This document shows positions 44,080 to 59,132 of a stretch of 64,000 nucleotides of DNA, in pieces. The notes under the pieces are model-generated. The model worked only from the letters and a program-made list of their open reading frames with translations, was not told the origin of the DNA and made no database searches. The position numbers and the translations under genes are program-made. This DNA is from Chrysomallon squamiferum (Eukaryota > Animalia > Mollusca), in NCBI GenBank assembly GCA_012295275.1, contig CM022675.1, positions 11,098,001-11,162,000 on the forward strand, given 5' to 3'. Position 1 is the first letter of the stretch, and the number at the start of each line of letters is the position of its first letter.

Positions 44080-44456
44080 AAATATATAAACTGAATCATT
44101 CATAATATATATCTTCATTCACGAAGTTAGGAAACAATCTTTATTTTCATTTGAAGACTAATCAAATTAACGTGAGAGACAATTTAATGTGAGAAAACAA
44201 TTTGATTCCTGTATCTAGTTGTCTAAGTACGAAGAACAAAACAAGTATCAAGAAACGCAAAATCCTGTTCACTGTAGCCTTAAATCACAATCAGTATCCT
44301 TGACCGTTGACCTTCATAGGTACAAACAACACGCAATGTTTCATTATTTACATACTGTGTAGTTTTTATTGCTTGATGGCGTTAAGACCAATGGAAAAAC
44401 TAATAATAAAAAAAAAATAAAAAAAAAAACTCTTTATACAGGACCTTGACCTAATA

Positions 44457-44472
44457 CAGGTAGATGGCGCTG
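44457..44472 (+). promoter_or_regulatory. CTCF-like site
   Basis: CAGGTAGATGGCGCTG closely matches the CTCF consensus CCRSYAGRKGGCRS (one mismatch). Confidence 0.5.
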
Positions 44473-44850
44473 CCATAATTTTTTTTTTTTTTTACGTGTT
44501 TAGATCAAAGAAAAACTTTTGTTGTTTTTGTTGACAGTGAAAATTGAAACTGATTTTATAAATTAAAAATAAAAATAATAATAATAATAATAATAAAATG
44601 ACACGCATTTTGGCTTATATTTAAGTTTGATTATCTCAGTTTGTTGTTGCTGTTGTTTGTTAAGCATTTGAATTTTTGTTCTGTTTTGTTTTATTTCTAC
44701 TTCATTTTTTAAAATTATCTCAGTCATTACTAGGAATATTACAATGTATTTTGAGATTAAGGACACTTTGGCGTCCTAGAGTATTATTATAGAAACAAAG
44801 TCTGTCTGACTGTCTCTCTGTCTTTCTAATTCTCTCTCTCCATCTGTCAG

Positions 44851-44921
<71 letters not shown>

Positions 44922-45614
44922 ATCTCTTCTACATGCTCTCTCCCATGGCATTCTCTTTCTGCATGCTATTAAAATTAACACAGCACTTTCGAGTACACGC
45001 CAAAAAACCCTGAGAGAAGAAGAATAAGTTGGAAAACTAGTCCACCGTTGGTTCACTCGGGTTTGATAATTTGTATTACGTTTCTCCGACATAAATTAAA
45101 TTCGCGGTACACACTCCTCGGTCATAAATAACGCTTGTACTTTGACGGCAGAGGTTCGAATGATTACGTGCAGTTCGCGCGATACCACAGGTTTACTTTG
45201 AAATTGTATTTCACTTAACAAAGTTAGACAGGATCTTTGCATATTTTTTTTTTTTTTTTTTTTTTTTTGTTTTTTTTTTTTTTTTTTTTTTTTTTGAATG
45301 TGACTTCGTGTAGAGGTGAAATATCACGTTTAGAAAGTTAACGGGCTCCGGTTAGGATAAAGAGAGATATAAAAAAAGTTGAGAAATAAAGTAAAAAAAA
45401 AAAGAAAAAATCATTTAGGGAGGGAGTGAGGGAGGAGAGAGAGAGAGACAGAGAGAGAGAGAGAGATGTTAGACGGAGATACATTTATTCATATATGTGC
45501 GTATGTGCGTATGTTCGTCTGTGTGTGTGTGTGTGAGGTATGTACAATCATGAATGCTAGTAATCATATTACTGATATTTCTGGGTTTTTTGTTTTTTTT
45601 CATTGTTACTGTTA

Positions 45615-45655
<41 letters not shown>

Positions 45656-46220
45656 TAATGTTAATGAATACCTTTATTACATCATTTTGAATAAATTTAT
45701 CAAACTAAAAGATAAAAATTTTCTTTCTTTCCTTATTTATTTCTTTCTTCTTTCGTTCAGTCCTTCCTTAATTTCTTTACAGATCACGTGTCACATCTAT
45801 AAAATTTGTTTCCATTTTGTCTTTTTGCCTTTCCACACATTTTTAGACGCATGAATTATAATCAATCGTTGCAGAAAAAAAAGTAATTAACATTACTCTA
45901 TTTTAAAATACTGAAATTAATTTCTACGTTAATAAGTCATATCTATATTATCAACACTCGAATGAAAAAGCGTTGAAGAAATGCTTACAGAAAATCATGT
46001 AAAGATATATCTCAGGTTCAGCCTTCCCTTATCTTTGTTATAATCTTTCATTATACAGATAAAAATGGCAATAAATTTAGATCTAAGTTTCTGAGTACAA
46101 AGTGTGTTTGATGTTAACACTTGTAAAACTACTTTTTTAAAAAAAAAAATGTAAGTTTACTCCTGTCTTGAAAACCATTAAGTAAATCAAATACCAATAT
46201 CTCAATAGTTCAATATTTCC

Positions 46221-46276
<56 letters not shown>

Positions 46277-46921
46277 GTTGTTGTTGTTGTTGTTGTTTTT
46301 ACTACTATTACTTTTACTATTATCATTACTATTCTTATTATTATTCTTTCATACTTCCTTACTTTTTCATTATTTTTGTTCTGTATAAATTAATACATTT
46401 CTTAATGATAATTATTAATGAAACAAAAGCAATAAGGTTATCTACTCAATTATTTACTTATTGAGATTTGCTTTTTAATACTTCTTCCTTAATTAAAAAT
46501 AATAATCATATATTATGGTTTAAACTTGTTTTTTTTTTTTTTTTTTCTTGTTTTTTTTTTTTTTATTTTATCTACGTACCTATTTATTTATTAATTTCCC
46601 TAGACATTCCTTTTATTTCTATTTATCTATTTAACTCGCGGTTAGATCTAATTTACTTGCTTATTCGTCAAGCTGTTTATGTATGATACATCGATAACCT
46701 AACGAAATAAGGCGCACATAAAATTAACTGAAAAAATTTAATAATAAAAATACTGCTACAGCTATCAGCACCATAACAAGCACCAAGAATATTACAACAA
46801 CACCAACAGCAACTACTACTTCTCTACTGTAATTATTACTATTACTACTACTATTGCAACTGTAGCTACTACTATTATAGCACTTCAACAACAACAACTT
46901 AATAATAACAGTAGCAGTAAC

Positions 46922-47212
<291 letters not shown>

Positions 47213-48526
47213 ACGTATACACATACACATTTACGTAAGAACGAATACACTGAGGTAATATCACATTCAGCTTAAGTGTCTGTTCAACAAGGCGTGAAAA
47301 ATTCACTAATTGTGTTCCATTTTATCCGAAATAACCCACTTCTTTCTCTTTTTTTATTTTTTTTTTATATTCTTTTTCATGGCATAATTATGTCCTCAAG
47401 TTTGCTTCATTTAACATGCGATATTGCTGTTAATATGTGTAACAAGCCTTGCAATATTCTGAGTTATTGCGACGCTTTTGTTGATACCAGTAGGTTCAAT
47501 AATGCACGCGAGTTATGGCCGATATCTTTAATAGTATCGATGCAGGTATCCCTTGTTTTTTCATGCTCCGGTGCACATTTAATCTATTTTCGTAAGCTTT
47601 ATAATTTTGTTTTCATTATTACTGTAATTTTTAAAGTTTTGTAGCTGTTGTTGAGTACAGAATAGCGACATTATCAATACGCCGTCGTCATCAACATTGT
47701 CATATTGTTATTGTTGTTGTTGATGTCATTCTTGAGGTTCATTTAGTACCGTTGTGGTATAAGAGCCGATATTTGTGTTATTTATTTATTTAATTTATTT
47801 ATTTAACTATCTGTTTATTTATTTATTTATTTATTTGTTTATTTATTTATTTATTTATTTATTTATTTGCTTGTTTGTTTGTTTGTTTATTTACATTTTA
47901 TTCGACAGATATGTTTCTTATCTAACTTGTAATTTTATGCTTATCAGTATCTTTATGCATGTTTAAACTATTTACATACGCGCTTGGAAACATTTTATTA
48001 CATTTTATCTATTTTTAATGTATTTTAATTTATAACTCTAAATCCTACATTTACAATGTACATCTAAACATTCTACGCGGTTTAATTTGTCATATTAATA
48101 TTAGTTACATATTAAATGGATATATATATATATGTATATAATATAATATAAAGTTTTATTGTTTTCACCAGTGTCTCTTTACTGCTTATATATTCAGATC
48201 AGCACAGAGCTAATATGATAATTACATCGCAATAGAGAATCTGAAATTAAAATAGTGATATACCATTCTCCACTGTAATCTTTTATATGTAAATACTGTT
48301 TATTTAAAATCTGTTATAAAAACCAGATACATTTAATTAAAGATAGTTTACGTAAAACCGAAACAGAAATGATTCCAGTATTTAAGGGTAGGTTTGAAAA
48401 CAATTGTAATGTTGAATGAAATAGATTTTTATCTTAAAACAAAGACAATCAGAGAAATAAATATGCATTTTGTTAAATTTTATTTGATCTTTATTACCAG
48501 TATTATTATTGTTTTTGCTGCTATTA

Positions 48527-48561
<35 letters not shown>

Positions 48562-48840
48562 GTTGTTGTTGTTGTTGTTGTTGTTATTATAAGGAGTAAT
48601 AGTAGTTGTAGTAGTAGTAGTAGTAGTAGAAAAAGTAGTAGCAGTGGTAGCATATAGTTTATTATGGAATAATTTATGTCTTTTTTCTTTATTTTAACTT
48701 TCTTTTTTCTTTTTCCATCTTTCTTTCTTTATTTATTTATTTACTGTGTGCATGTTTATCACATTTTCTATAATAATAATAATAGAAGAAGAAGAAGAAG
48801 AAGAAGAAAAAGAAGAAGAACAACAACAACAGCAACAGCA

Positions 48841-48904
<64 letters not shown>

Positions 48905-49355
48905 ATTCTATTGTACTGTTCTATCAAGGTATTTTAAGATTTATTAAACAGTGCCAATTGCAGTTATATCTATGTTGCAAGTAACATAAAAATAACAAGT
49001 GTAAAATTCTTCATTATAAAGCAACACGATTTTGGCAGTAATTCCAAAAACGATGAATAAAATTAAACAAATAAAAGCAATGTTTAAGAAACCGCAAATA
49101 TTACTTATGACAAAAAAAAAAAAGAGAAAAAAAAAAAAGGAAAGACAACAAAATAAAAGGAAAACAAATTCAACAAAATATTATCTCTAATGAAAGAGAT
49201 TAACGCGAAACTATTGCAATGAATTACACATATTGTAAATTGTTTCAAAATGTGTGAGTTATTAAATATGCAAAACCGATATAAGTAAAGATTTAATAAA
49301 TAAACAAGTGAGCCAGTGAATATACACTAATAAGCTATAAGTTAGTAAATAAACA

Positions 49356-49520
49356 TAATATATAATATAATATAATATAATATAATATAATATAATATAA
49401 TATAATATAATATAATATAATATAATGTAATATAATATAATATAATGTAATGTAACGTAATGCAATATAATATAATATACTATAATATATAATATAAAAT
49501 AATATAATATAGAATATTAT
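49356..49520. repeat. (TATAA)n pentanucleotide repeat
   Basis: Tandem tataa units degrading to tgtaa. Confidence 0.92.
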
Positions 49521-49965
49521 AATATAATGCAATATGATAAAATGCAATTATTAAAGGCTTTTCAGATGAAATGCGAGGAAGTTGTTAACATGAGTTGAAG
49601 TATCACATGAAATAACCAGCATAATAGAAAAAATTCCGCGTAAAGATTTTTTTTATTTATATTCTGAAATGAACAAAGTAGCTCGTATCCTTGGTATTAA
49701 CTATATAATAACATAACAAATCAAATAATCATTATATTTATTAAACCGAACGCTTAGAGTTTATATATAAATCATTAGTTGTGCTTATCTTGTAGCAATT
49801 ATATTAAACCGAACGAATCATAGATTATTTTCATTGTAATTAATTTATGATTGCAATAAATCATGATGATGAAGATTTCAGTTTAGTGAGAATATAAATT
49901 TATTTATCGGTTGATTTATGAAGCCGTACGTTCACATTTCGTTGGTTTTCTTCTGGGATGTTGAT

Positions 49966-50024
<59 letters not shown>

Positions 50025-50349
50025 CTTATTTCTTTATTTCTTTATATATTTATTTATTTATCTCTTTATATAATTGATTCATTTTTGTTTGTTTGTTTGT
50101 TTGCTTGTTTATTTATTTATTCATTCATTTATTTATTTATTTTATTTTATTTTATTTTATTTTATTTTATTTTTTTTTCTCTGCTATTTCAACAGTCTGT
50201 TTATGTATTTGTTTGTTTATTTCCTGTTTCTCTCTTTCTATCTTTCTCCGCCCCATACAGAAAAACAGAAGTATTACTAAGTAAAATAAAAAGAATGAAT
50301 GAACGAGTGAAAGACTAAATAGAGAAATAAGTAAGTAAGTAAGTATATA

Positions 50350-50384
<35 letters not shown>

Positions 50385-51539
50385 AATTGATGAATTCGGT
50401 TGCTAATTAACCATTTGTATTAACATAACAATATTTTCTGCATTAGCATAAATGGGAAGGTCCTAAGGAAATTGATCTCATTTCCGCATTTAGGAAACTT
50501 TGAAGACTGTGATATTGGCTGATGAAAAATAAAATAATAATAAAAACACTGGATTTGAATGTTATGCTATTTTAAATACTACATTTGCAAAATAAATGAG
50601 GTAGTATTACAATGTATTTTTATTTTGCTTTAGTGTTTATTTACTCTTTCAATTTGTTGTCGTCGACGTTGTTATTGTTGTGGTTGTGCTTTTCATCATC
50701 TTGATCATTATTACTTCTACTAATCATTATCATCATTATCATGATTATCATCATCACCATAATAATGATAATAAAACAACAAAAACAACAACAATAATAA
50801 TAGTAATAGTTATTATTATCTTATTATTATTATTATTATTATTATAACTGCTGCTACTGCTACTGCTACTACTGCTACAACTACCATCATTATTATTATT
50901 ATTACATTTATTATTATTATCATCATTCCCATCATCATCATCATCATTAAAAATCCTCCTCTTCCTCATTATCATCATCATAATCATTTTATAACAATTA
51001 TCAGTTTTGTTAAGGTATATATGAATTACTCAGAAACTAAATACATATAAAATCTATTAATACGCAAACACGTGTTACATACGCAGTCATCAAACACTGA
51101 TAAATAAACTGCATAAACGTCAAAACATTGGTTATTGTCAGTCTGTGATATAAAACAGTGGATCAAATAAAATAAAAAAAAAAAAAAAAAAAAAAGAAAT
51201 AAAATAAAATAGCGAGTGAGAAAACGAGATTTGATTTTCAGTTTTACTGCAGTTGTTATTAACAAAAAAGAAACAAATTTTCAGATTTTATTGCTAAATT
51301 AAATAGTTTTATCTCGTGCTGTTATGTTCTGACAAGGTAACTTTTTATTTGTTTAATTTACAGTTTATTTATTTATTTCTATACTTATTTATGTATGGAA
51401 ATATTTACTTGTAAGTACTTAAAATATTTTGTGTTTAGTATATTATTTAGCCATGGTTTTATACATTTCTTATTAATTTAAATTATCCTATTATTTTAAT
51501 TGTATTAGGGATCATATTCTGTTTTTTACCATACTCAAA

Positions 51540-51835
51540 ATAAAGCAAAATAAAATAAAATAAAGCAAAGCAAAGCAAAACAAAACAAAACAAATAAAAA
51601 AAGAAATAAAATAATAAAATAAACTATAATAAAATAAAATAAAATAATAATAAAATAAAATAAAATAAAATAAAATAAAATAAAGGAAAATAAAAAAAAA
51701 CTAAACTGAACTAAAATAAAATAAAATAAAATAAAATAAAGTCAAATAAAATAATAAAATAAAACAAAATAAAACAAAGTCAAATAAAATAATAAAATAA
51801 AAAAATAAAATAAAATATTAAAATAAAATAAAATA
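51540..51835. repeat. (TAAAA)n degenerate pentanucleotide repeat
   Basis: Tandem taaaa/caaaa units. Confidence 0.9.
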
Positions 51836-52551
51836 GAAACAGAGTGAAAATACTTTTTAACAAATTCATGATGAAAACCAGACATTTCAATCAATAATTT
51901 ATAAAAAAAAAAAAAATAGGATAGTGTTATAGTTAGACAGTCCTTAGATACCTAAATTATTTGTTACTTTAACTAAAATACTTTAAAACACATCAGACCC
52001 AGATTAAGTTTAATATCTTAGCCTTGCTCTGTTTAAACGATGATAAACTATTATTATACACTGTACAGAGTCAGTGTATTTTAGTCCACTCAGACGTTTT
52101 GATATTTTCTCTCTCTCTCGGCTGTTCTCTTGTAAATTATGTAAATCTCCTATGTTATAAATGAATATTAGTTAACCGGGGGAAAATCATAATGTAGAAC
52201 GTGTATAAACAGTTTAGAAATATTCTTAGATAGTTTAGTTTACTTTAAATATTAGTTTAAGTTTAAATTTACTTAATTTATTATTATTTTTTGTTTTGTT
52301 TTTTTATTATAGTTCAGTTTAGGTTAGCTTAGTTTAAGTTTTTAGTTTTAGTTTAAATTATATTTTTTGTTTTAGTTTTATAATTTATTTTACTTTATTT
52401 TTATTTTACTTTACTTATTTTATATTACTTAGGCAAAATTTAATTAAGGATATTGTGGTTGATTTCATTTTAATAAATGTTTATAACACTTTACTGTAGC
52501 AATAATATTAATTCTATAGAATGAACATTTAATAATAATAATAACAAAACC

Positions 52552-52680
<129 letters not shown>

Positions 52681-52966
52681 GTAATAATAATATAAATAAT
52701 AATAATAATAATAATAGTAACGGTAGTTGTATTAATTTAATATGACCTGATAACATATTATTAATTTTAAGCTAAAACACAGGACTACAACAATGTCTGT
52801 GTAAAACAGAAAAACAGTTAGAGTTGAATACTGGAAGTTATTTACTTATCTTTAATATTTTAAACTCAAGTATAAATACATTATAAAACATTTACTTCAT
52901 TTTATTTGTATTCATTTTTAAAGAGGGAATTGTGTTGTTATTTCTAAATTACTACATCATCATCAT

Positions 52967-53009
<43 letters not shown>

Positions 53010-54276
53010 CATTATTATTAATATCATTATTATTACAATTGTTACTGTTGTCAAAACACTTTTCTCTTTAATATTACAATTAACCAAAACAAAAAAAAAC
53101 AAAAAAAAAAATAATTTCTTTCACGCTTTCATAATTTACTATCATTATTTTCTAACATAAAAAAAATATATACATACATGCATAAATAACACCACCACAA
53201 CATTCACTGAACCGCATCGCCAGGATTTATAAATAATTAAACAAATACATCTCGAGTGTTAGGAAATGAATTCGGGTGGCTTGCTTTGTTTTCACCTCCT
53301 ATCTCGCTTCTCACAGACTCTCGCCTCTAATCGGCCTCTGGAAATTATTATTTTATAGCTTGTAATAAAAATTGGTGTTTTAAAAGCAAAGACGCATAAA
53401 CCCTCCACATAATAGCCTCGGTTATGGCCGATCCCTTAGTGATCACAGCGGCAGTACCAATTCCCCACACACACCTATACTTTATTTTACGAGCGACATA
53501 AAACGAAAGTTATGTCGAAAATATGGCCCATCTTTTTGCTAGGGTCTTTTGCCAAATCGTGGATTTCATTATCTTGTTATGCGTCTACTTTATTTTTATT
53601 TTTATTTTTTTTTGCTATTTTAGCATGCACGAGAGCACGCATGCACAGTTCTGGGCTGGGCCCCGAACCAGGTAGCACGTGGATGTACGTGGATTATATT
53701 AAGACACACTAAACATACATACACAGACACACAGTGTGGATTAATTCGGTTCTTGTTCCATGTTTTTGTTTTTATACGGGGAGTAGTGTATTCGTGGATC
53801 TATCACCTAAATTCGTTGTGTTGGTTTTGTTTTCCTATTGGTATTCCTGGACATCTGGTACGTATAAATTTAACCTTATTACTATTATTATTATTATTAT
53901 TATTATTATCACTATTGTTGTTGTTGTTATTATTATTATTATCACTATTGTTACAATTATTATTATTATTATTATGAATTCATCTATTTTATTATTAATT
54001 CATCTATTTTATTATTTTCCGCATAGCTGCATTTTAAATATATTTAACAAATCTTGATTTTTTTCCGTAACGTTAGGAAGAATTTCACAGGTACCAAATT
54101 AGTAGAGAAAACTATATTTACACAATTTTAACAAAAAAGTGTAGTTGATATAAAATAATTATCTTATACCCTGTGCATAATTAAATAAAAAGAAGAAAAA
54201 ACAATACATTTATAACGTGTAAAAATGAAGATATAAAATTTAAAAAAAAAATAAAATATATATAAACAGTACTTAC

Positions 54277-54901
54277 CCACTATTCCCATCCACGGATAAA
54301 ACGGAGTTACGGGCTCGGCTTTGGGCTGTTGCGAATCGTCGAAGAGTTTCGGGGACACGGAACACGATACGACGGGTTTGTTCTCCAGGGACGGGGAGGA
54401 GTAGGGAGGACTACCCCCCTCGTGACGCGGAGACGGCGTCGAGTCCTGATTCTGGGTGTGGTTCCACTCGGCGGCGCTCGCCCGGGGCTGGTAGCCCAGG
54501 CTCGCCGGGTTCACGTTGTACGCGCGCGAGATGTTCACACTGCTGTCGTCAACCACGTTGCCGGGTGGCGTCGGGTACCCGGCGACGTTCTTCGGCTCGT
54601 ACGCCGACGAAACGACGCCTACGTCCCCGTTGGTGGAGTGGTAGTGGTGAAAGTTCGTTTTCTGCTGTCCATAGTACGGCGTCGTGCCAACGTTGTTTTC
54701 GTTACCGGCGGAGGAGTATCCTCCTCCTCCTCCTCCTCCTACTCCTCCCGAAGAAGGAGAAGAAGAAGCACAGTGGTAGCCTATCTGGTCCCCGAGCCTC
54801 GAAGAATATAATCCATAGCTGCTGCTGCTGTAGTTGTTCGGTACGTAATGGCCGTCCGGTGTATACGAAGGAAGGAAAGACGGTGCGAAGTATGAATTCA
54901 T
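54277..54901 (-). CDS. Lox4: Lox4 (Ubx/abd-A-related central Hox) coding exon 1
   Basis: GC-rich ORF starting MNSYF (SSYF-type Hox N-terminal motif), S/G/P/Y-rich body, FYPWM hexapeptide at 54301-54287, then GIV-G|GTAAGT donor at 54276-54271. Length 625 nt (phase 1), compatible with exon 2. Confidence 0.93.
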
Positions 54902-55150
54902 TTCTGTGGGATATATGATCGAAAGACAATTCTGGCTACATGACCTATACTAGATGCGTGATTTGTGGGAGTTCTAAGTTGCCGTCGGTAAAAATAAATC
55001 ATTTCGATGGAAATGGGATACTGGCTGTCTGGCGCTGACCAATCAAAACGTTCGTACCTTAGCGCGCTGTCCGCTGGCCGAATCACACCCTGTGTTTACG
55101 CTTCGAGTCACAGTTCGCTGACTAACATTGGTGTAAATATATAAAAAGGA
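54902..55150 (-). promoter_or_regulatory. Lox4 5'UTR / proximal promoter region
   Basis: Unique, GC-richer sequence directly upstream of the ATG, with a CCAATCA box (55039-55045, + strand), a Pbx-Hox type TGATTTAT (55001-54994) and an Inr-like TTAGTC (55125-55120). The TSS cannot be fixed. Confidence 0.5.
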
Positions 55151-55191
55151 GAACGAGTGAGAGAAAGAGAGCGGGCGAACTGGAGGGAGAG

Positions 55192-55224
<33 letters not shown>

Positions 55225-55703
55225 GGTGGAGAGAAAGACTGTGATAGATAGATAGAAAAGAAGAAGAAAATTTTTTTTTTTTTTTTTTTTAAAGTTTGAA
55301 ACGAGGGGCACACTGCTAGGGTAAGGAGAGGTCATCTTTTGGCAAATTATACGTGAGCTATGCGAGTGATTCATTCAAGTAGAAATTGGTTAATTTCAAA
55401 ACGTAATTTATTAGTTATGTGCACGGGCTGGCAATGTTGTCTGCTTGTGACGAGGATAAATTAGAGACGAGAGTGTGTGACACGTCTGAAACTGAAACAC
55501 AGTTTAACTAGAGAAAAAAACAAAAAGAAAGAAAAAATAGAAAGAATAGAATAGGTGTCTTAAAAACAACGATTAAACGTAGAGAGTTCAGAGGTTTGTT
55601 GTTGTGGTTATTATTATTATTATTATTATTATTATTGATGTTGTTGCTGTTATTATTATTTATTTTTTTATCTTTAACATCATCATCATTGTTATTATTA
55701 TGA

Positions 55704-55750
<47 letters not shown>

Positions 55751-55993
55751 GATGTTGTTGTTGTTATTATTATTATCATTATTATTATTATTATTAGTTT
55801 TAATATAATCGTAATCATTTGTTAATTATTCCCAAGTTTCATTAACCTTTTAGTTTCTGTGCTTTTTATTCTGTTTATTTATTTATTTATATATTTTTTT
55901 TTTTTCTTCATATTATTATTGATATAATCATAATTATTATTCAAGGTGTTTTTATTATTATTGATGTTATTATTATTATTATTATTATTGTTG

Positions 55994-56055
<62 letters not shown>

Positions 56056-56259
56056 AGTTTCTATTATTTTTCCTACAATTTTTTTTTTTTATTTTTATTA
56101 TTTGTTGTATTTTTCTTCTTTCTTCTTCTTCATCCCTTATTTTCTTCCTTTTCTTCTTCTCATTAACATAATGAAACAATTCCATTTCCATTAACAAAAA
56201 AACCCCAAAACCAACACTTACAAACCGCACTATTTTCTGCTAAAAAAAAAAAACAACAA

Positions 56260-56291
<32 letters not shown>

Positions 56292-57438
56292 CGAAAAAAA
56301 AAACTTCAAGATAAAATCAACTAACGCCATTTGTATATATTATATACCATGCTGGAAACTGCCAGAAAAGATTTGTAATGTAAATATATACATCGAGTGT
56401 GATTTATACAGTAAATCAACCGGCTTCACCAAGCGCTGAAAGGGCTTGAATAGCGAAGTGTTAAATTGATACACGACGAAAGAATATACAGTTAAAAATA
56501 TAATCACTGATATGCACTTGAGATTTGCCCGGGGTAATGGATTTATTAGTGTCTGTTTCCCTCGTTAATTAATTATTATTTATTGTTTACTGTTGTTGTT
56601 ATTAGCGATGTTTAATTAAATTAACTGTACTGTTTTGCATATTTTTAGAGCAGGGTTTTTGAGTAGCGTTTAACCTTGTTTATTATTTGTGTATTTTTTT
56701 TATTTTTTTTATATTTTGTTTCTCTGTCTGTTTTTATTTCTTTTTTCTTTTTTTTTTTTTTATTATTTATTTGTTTGTTTGTTTGTTTGTTTGTTAATTT
56801 TATAATGATAATTTAATAAGATAATTTAATAATCCACACATTTATATTATTTTATAGTAAATAATATATTCTTTTTTTCTACTCTAAATGATATTAATTA
56901 AACTGCAATAATAAATAACATTATTTTAGTGAACATAATGAAATTTAAATTTATTACCGAATTTTTTAAAATCTGTTCCGCATTAATTATCATTTCTCTT
57001 TTTTTTTTTTTTTTTTTTTAATTTTGTTTGTTTCACATTTAGCAATCAGGCAAAATTAATTTACTAATTGTGCAGTTTTCTAATTAGATTTGTTATTTAA
57101 TGAAATTAGTTAAATTAAATGCACACTGTGTACATAGAGACACCCATTTATTTCTTTATTTCATTTAATACTGTTTTCCTTAGAAATATTAAATAATTTT
57201 AAAATTATATTTGTTCGTTTTATTGCTGAATGTGTTATTTATTTATTTATTTATTTATTTACTTATTTATTTATTTACTCGATATTATTAGTGATAACAG
57301 TTGCAGTGATATATGTAATTATCAATAAATATTTCATTAATGAATTATTATTATTTTTATTTTATACTTTCTTAACAAATTTTAAATAAATTAAATATTA
57401 AAGGTTTTTTTTATAAAAGATGTTAAAAAGAAAAAAAC

Positions 57439-57494
<56 letters not shown>

Positions 57495-57633
57495 CTACTT
57501 AGGTTTTTTATATATGTAAAAGAAATGTGTAAGGAAATTTTTTTAACTTATTTAAAAATATAATAAAAAGCTGGTTTAAAAATCAAAATCAACAACATTA
57601 AAATGGAATATGATGATCCAACCACAAAACAGC

Positions 57634-57687
<54 letters not shown>

Positions 57688-57691
57688 AATA

Positions 57692-57725
<34 letters not shown>

Positions 57726-57907
57726 GAAATGGACAATAACATTAATATTATTACGAACAATAACAATGATAACCACAACAACAACAACAACAACAGCAAC
57801 AACAACATCTTCGACAAACATTCCCAACAAGAACACCAGAACAAGCGAAATTAGTTTCTCTTTTTTTTTTATCCTTTACGTCTTCTGTTTTCCCTTAGCA
57901 ATTTTTT

Positions 57908-57955
<48 letters not shown>

Positions 57956-59132
57956 GTCCATTTTTATCTATCCCATCCTCCCCCCTCCACCACCACTTCC
58001 ACCACATTTCCCCTCTCCCAGCAAATTTTTTTTTTTTTTTTTTCTTTCCACATTGTAGAAACTATCATATCGCCTGCCCTTCAAAAGATATTCCAAGTAA
58101 TCACGAAAACAGATTAAAGCCGAGTATGCATCTCGAGCCAGTATACCTTGATATGTGGTATTTCCGATAGGTCGTAGATTAGCGTTCTAAGGTCGAGGGA
58201 GGAAATTTTCAAGATTTGCAACAGCGGATGTTCCTGGCAGTATTCTACCAGTCTGGTTTCCGTCATAGACCAAGTGGCAATTCGGAAGCTATGTTGTTGT
58301 TTTTTTTTTTTTGTTTAAAAAAAAAAAAAAAATTATTTATTGTTCCTTTATTTTATGAATTTTTGATTGAGTTTGCTTCGGGTTTGATTATTGTAACGTT
58401 TTGAAATGTTGTTTCAGTTTTTGTTTCTTTTTAGATAATTTCATTTCATTATTTTTTTTTTTTTTAATTCTGTTTTATTTTATTTTATTTTACTTTATTT
58501 TATTTTATTTAATAAAAATATTATTATTTATTTGCTGTTATTCCCTTTTTTTTCTTTTTTTTTTTTTTACAAAAATTACTTGTGCATTAGTACTACTACT
58601 ACTACTAACACAACAACAACAGCAACAACACCAACAAATGCTATAAAAATACAATTACGCTTAAACTGCTGCTGCTACTACTACTACTACTACTGACATG
58701 TCAACTACTACTACTGTTTCAACTTCTTCATTCACATAATAACAACAATCATCATGATGATTATAAATCATTTTCTAAATGATAGTTTGGAAATAAACAG
58801 CTACTATTCCCACATTCTTCGTAACAAATTGCTGAAAGAGACAATCATTAAGAAAAAAAAAAAAAAATAAAATGAGAGAGAAAAAATTAAGATAACAACG
58901 AAACAAAATGAATATATCAAATTTAAGCATTCCCATTACTGCATTCACAAGTCCAAAGCAATTTAGATATGTGCCCTTGAAGAAGAAGAAGAAGAAGATG
59001 AAAAAGAAGAAGAAAAAAAATTATTCAAACTTATCGAACCACCGCCATTCTTGTATGAAGTTATTTCGAAAACTAATCAGTTGCATGCTTCAGCTGGAGT
59101 GGTATCCATGACGACGGAAATGAACACGCCAT

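Noticed and set aside
54329-54929. ORFs overlapping Lox4 exon 1 (54329-54811 +, 54565-54918 +, 54702-54929 -)
   Set aside because: Shadow frames of a GC-rich coding exon; no recognisable protein.
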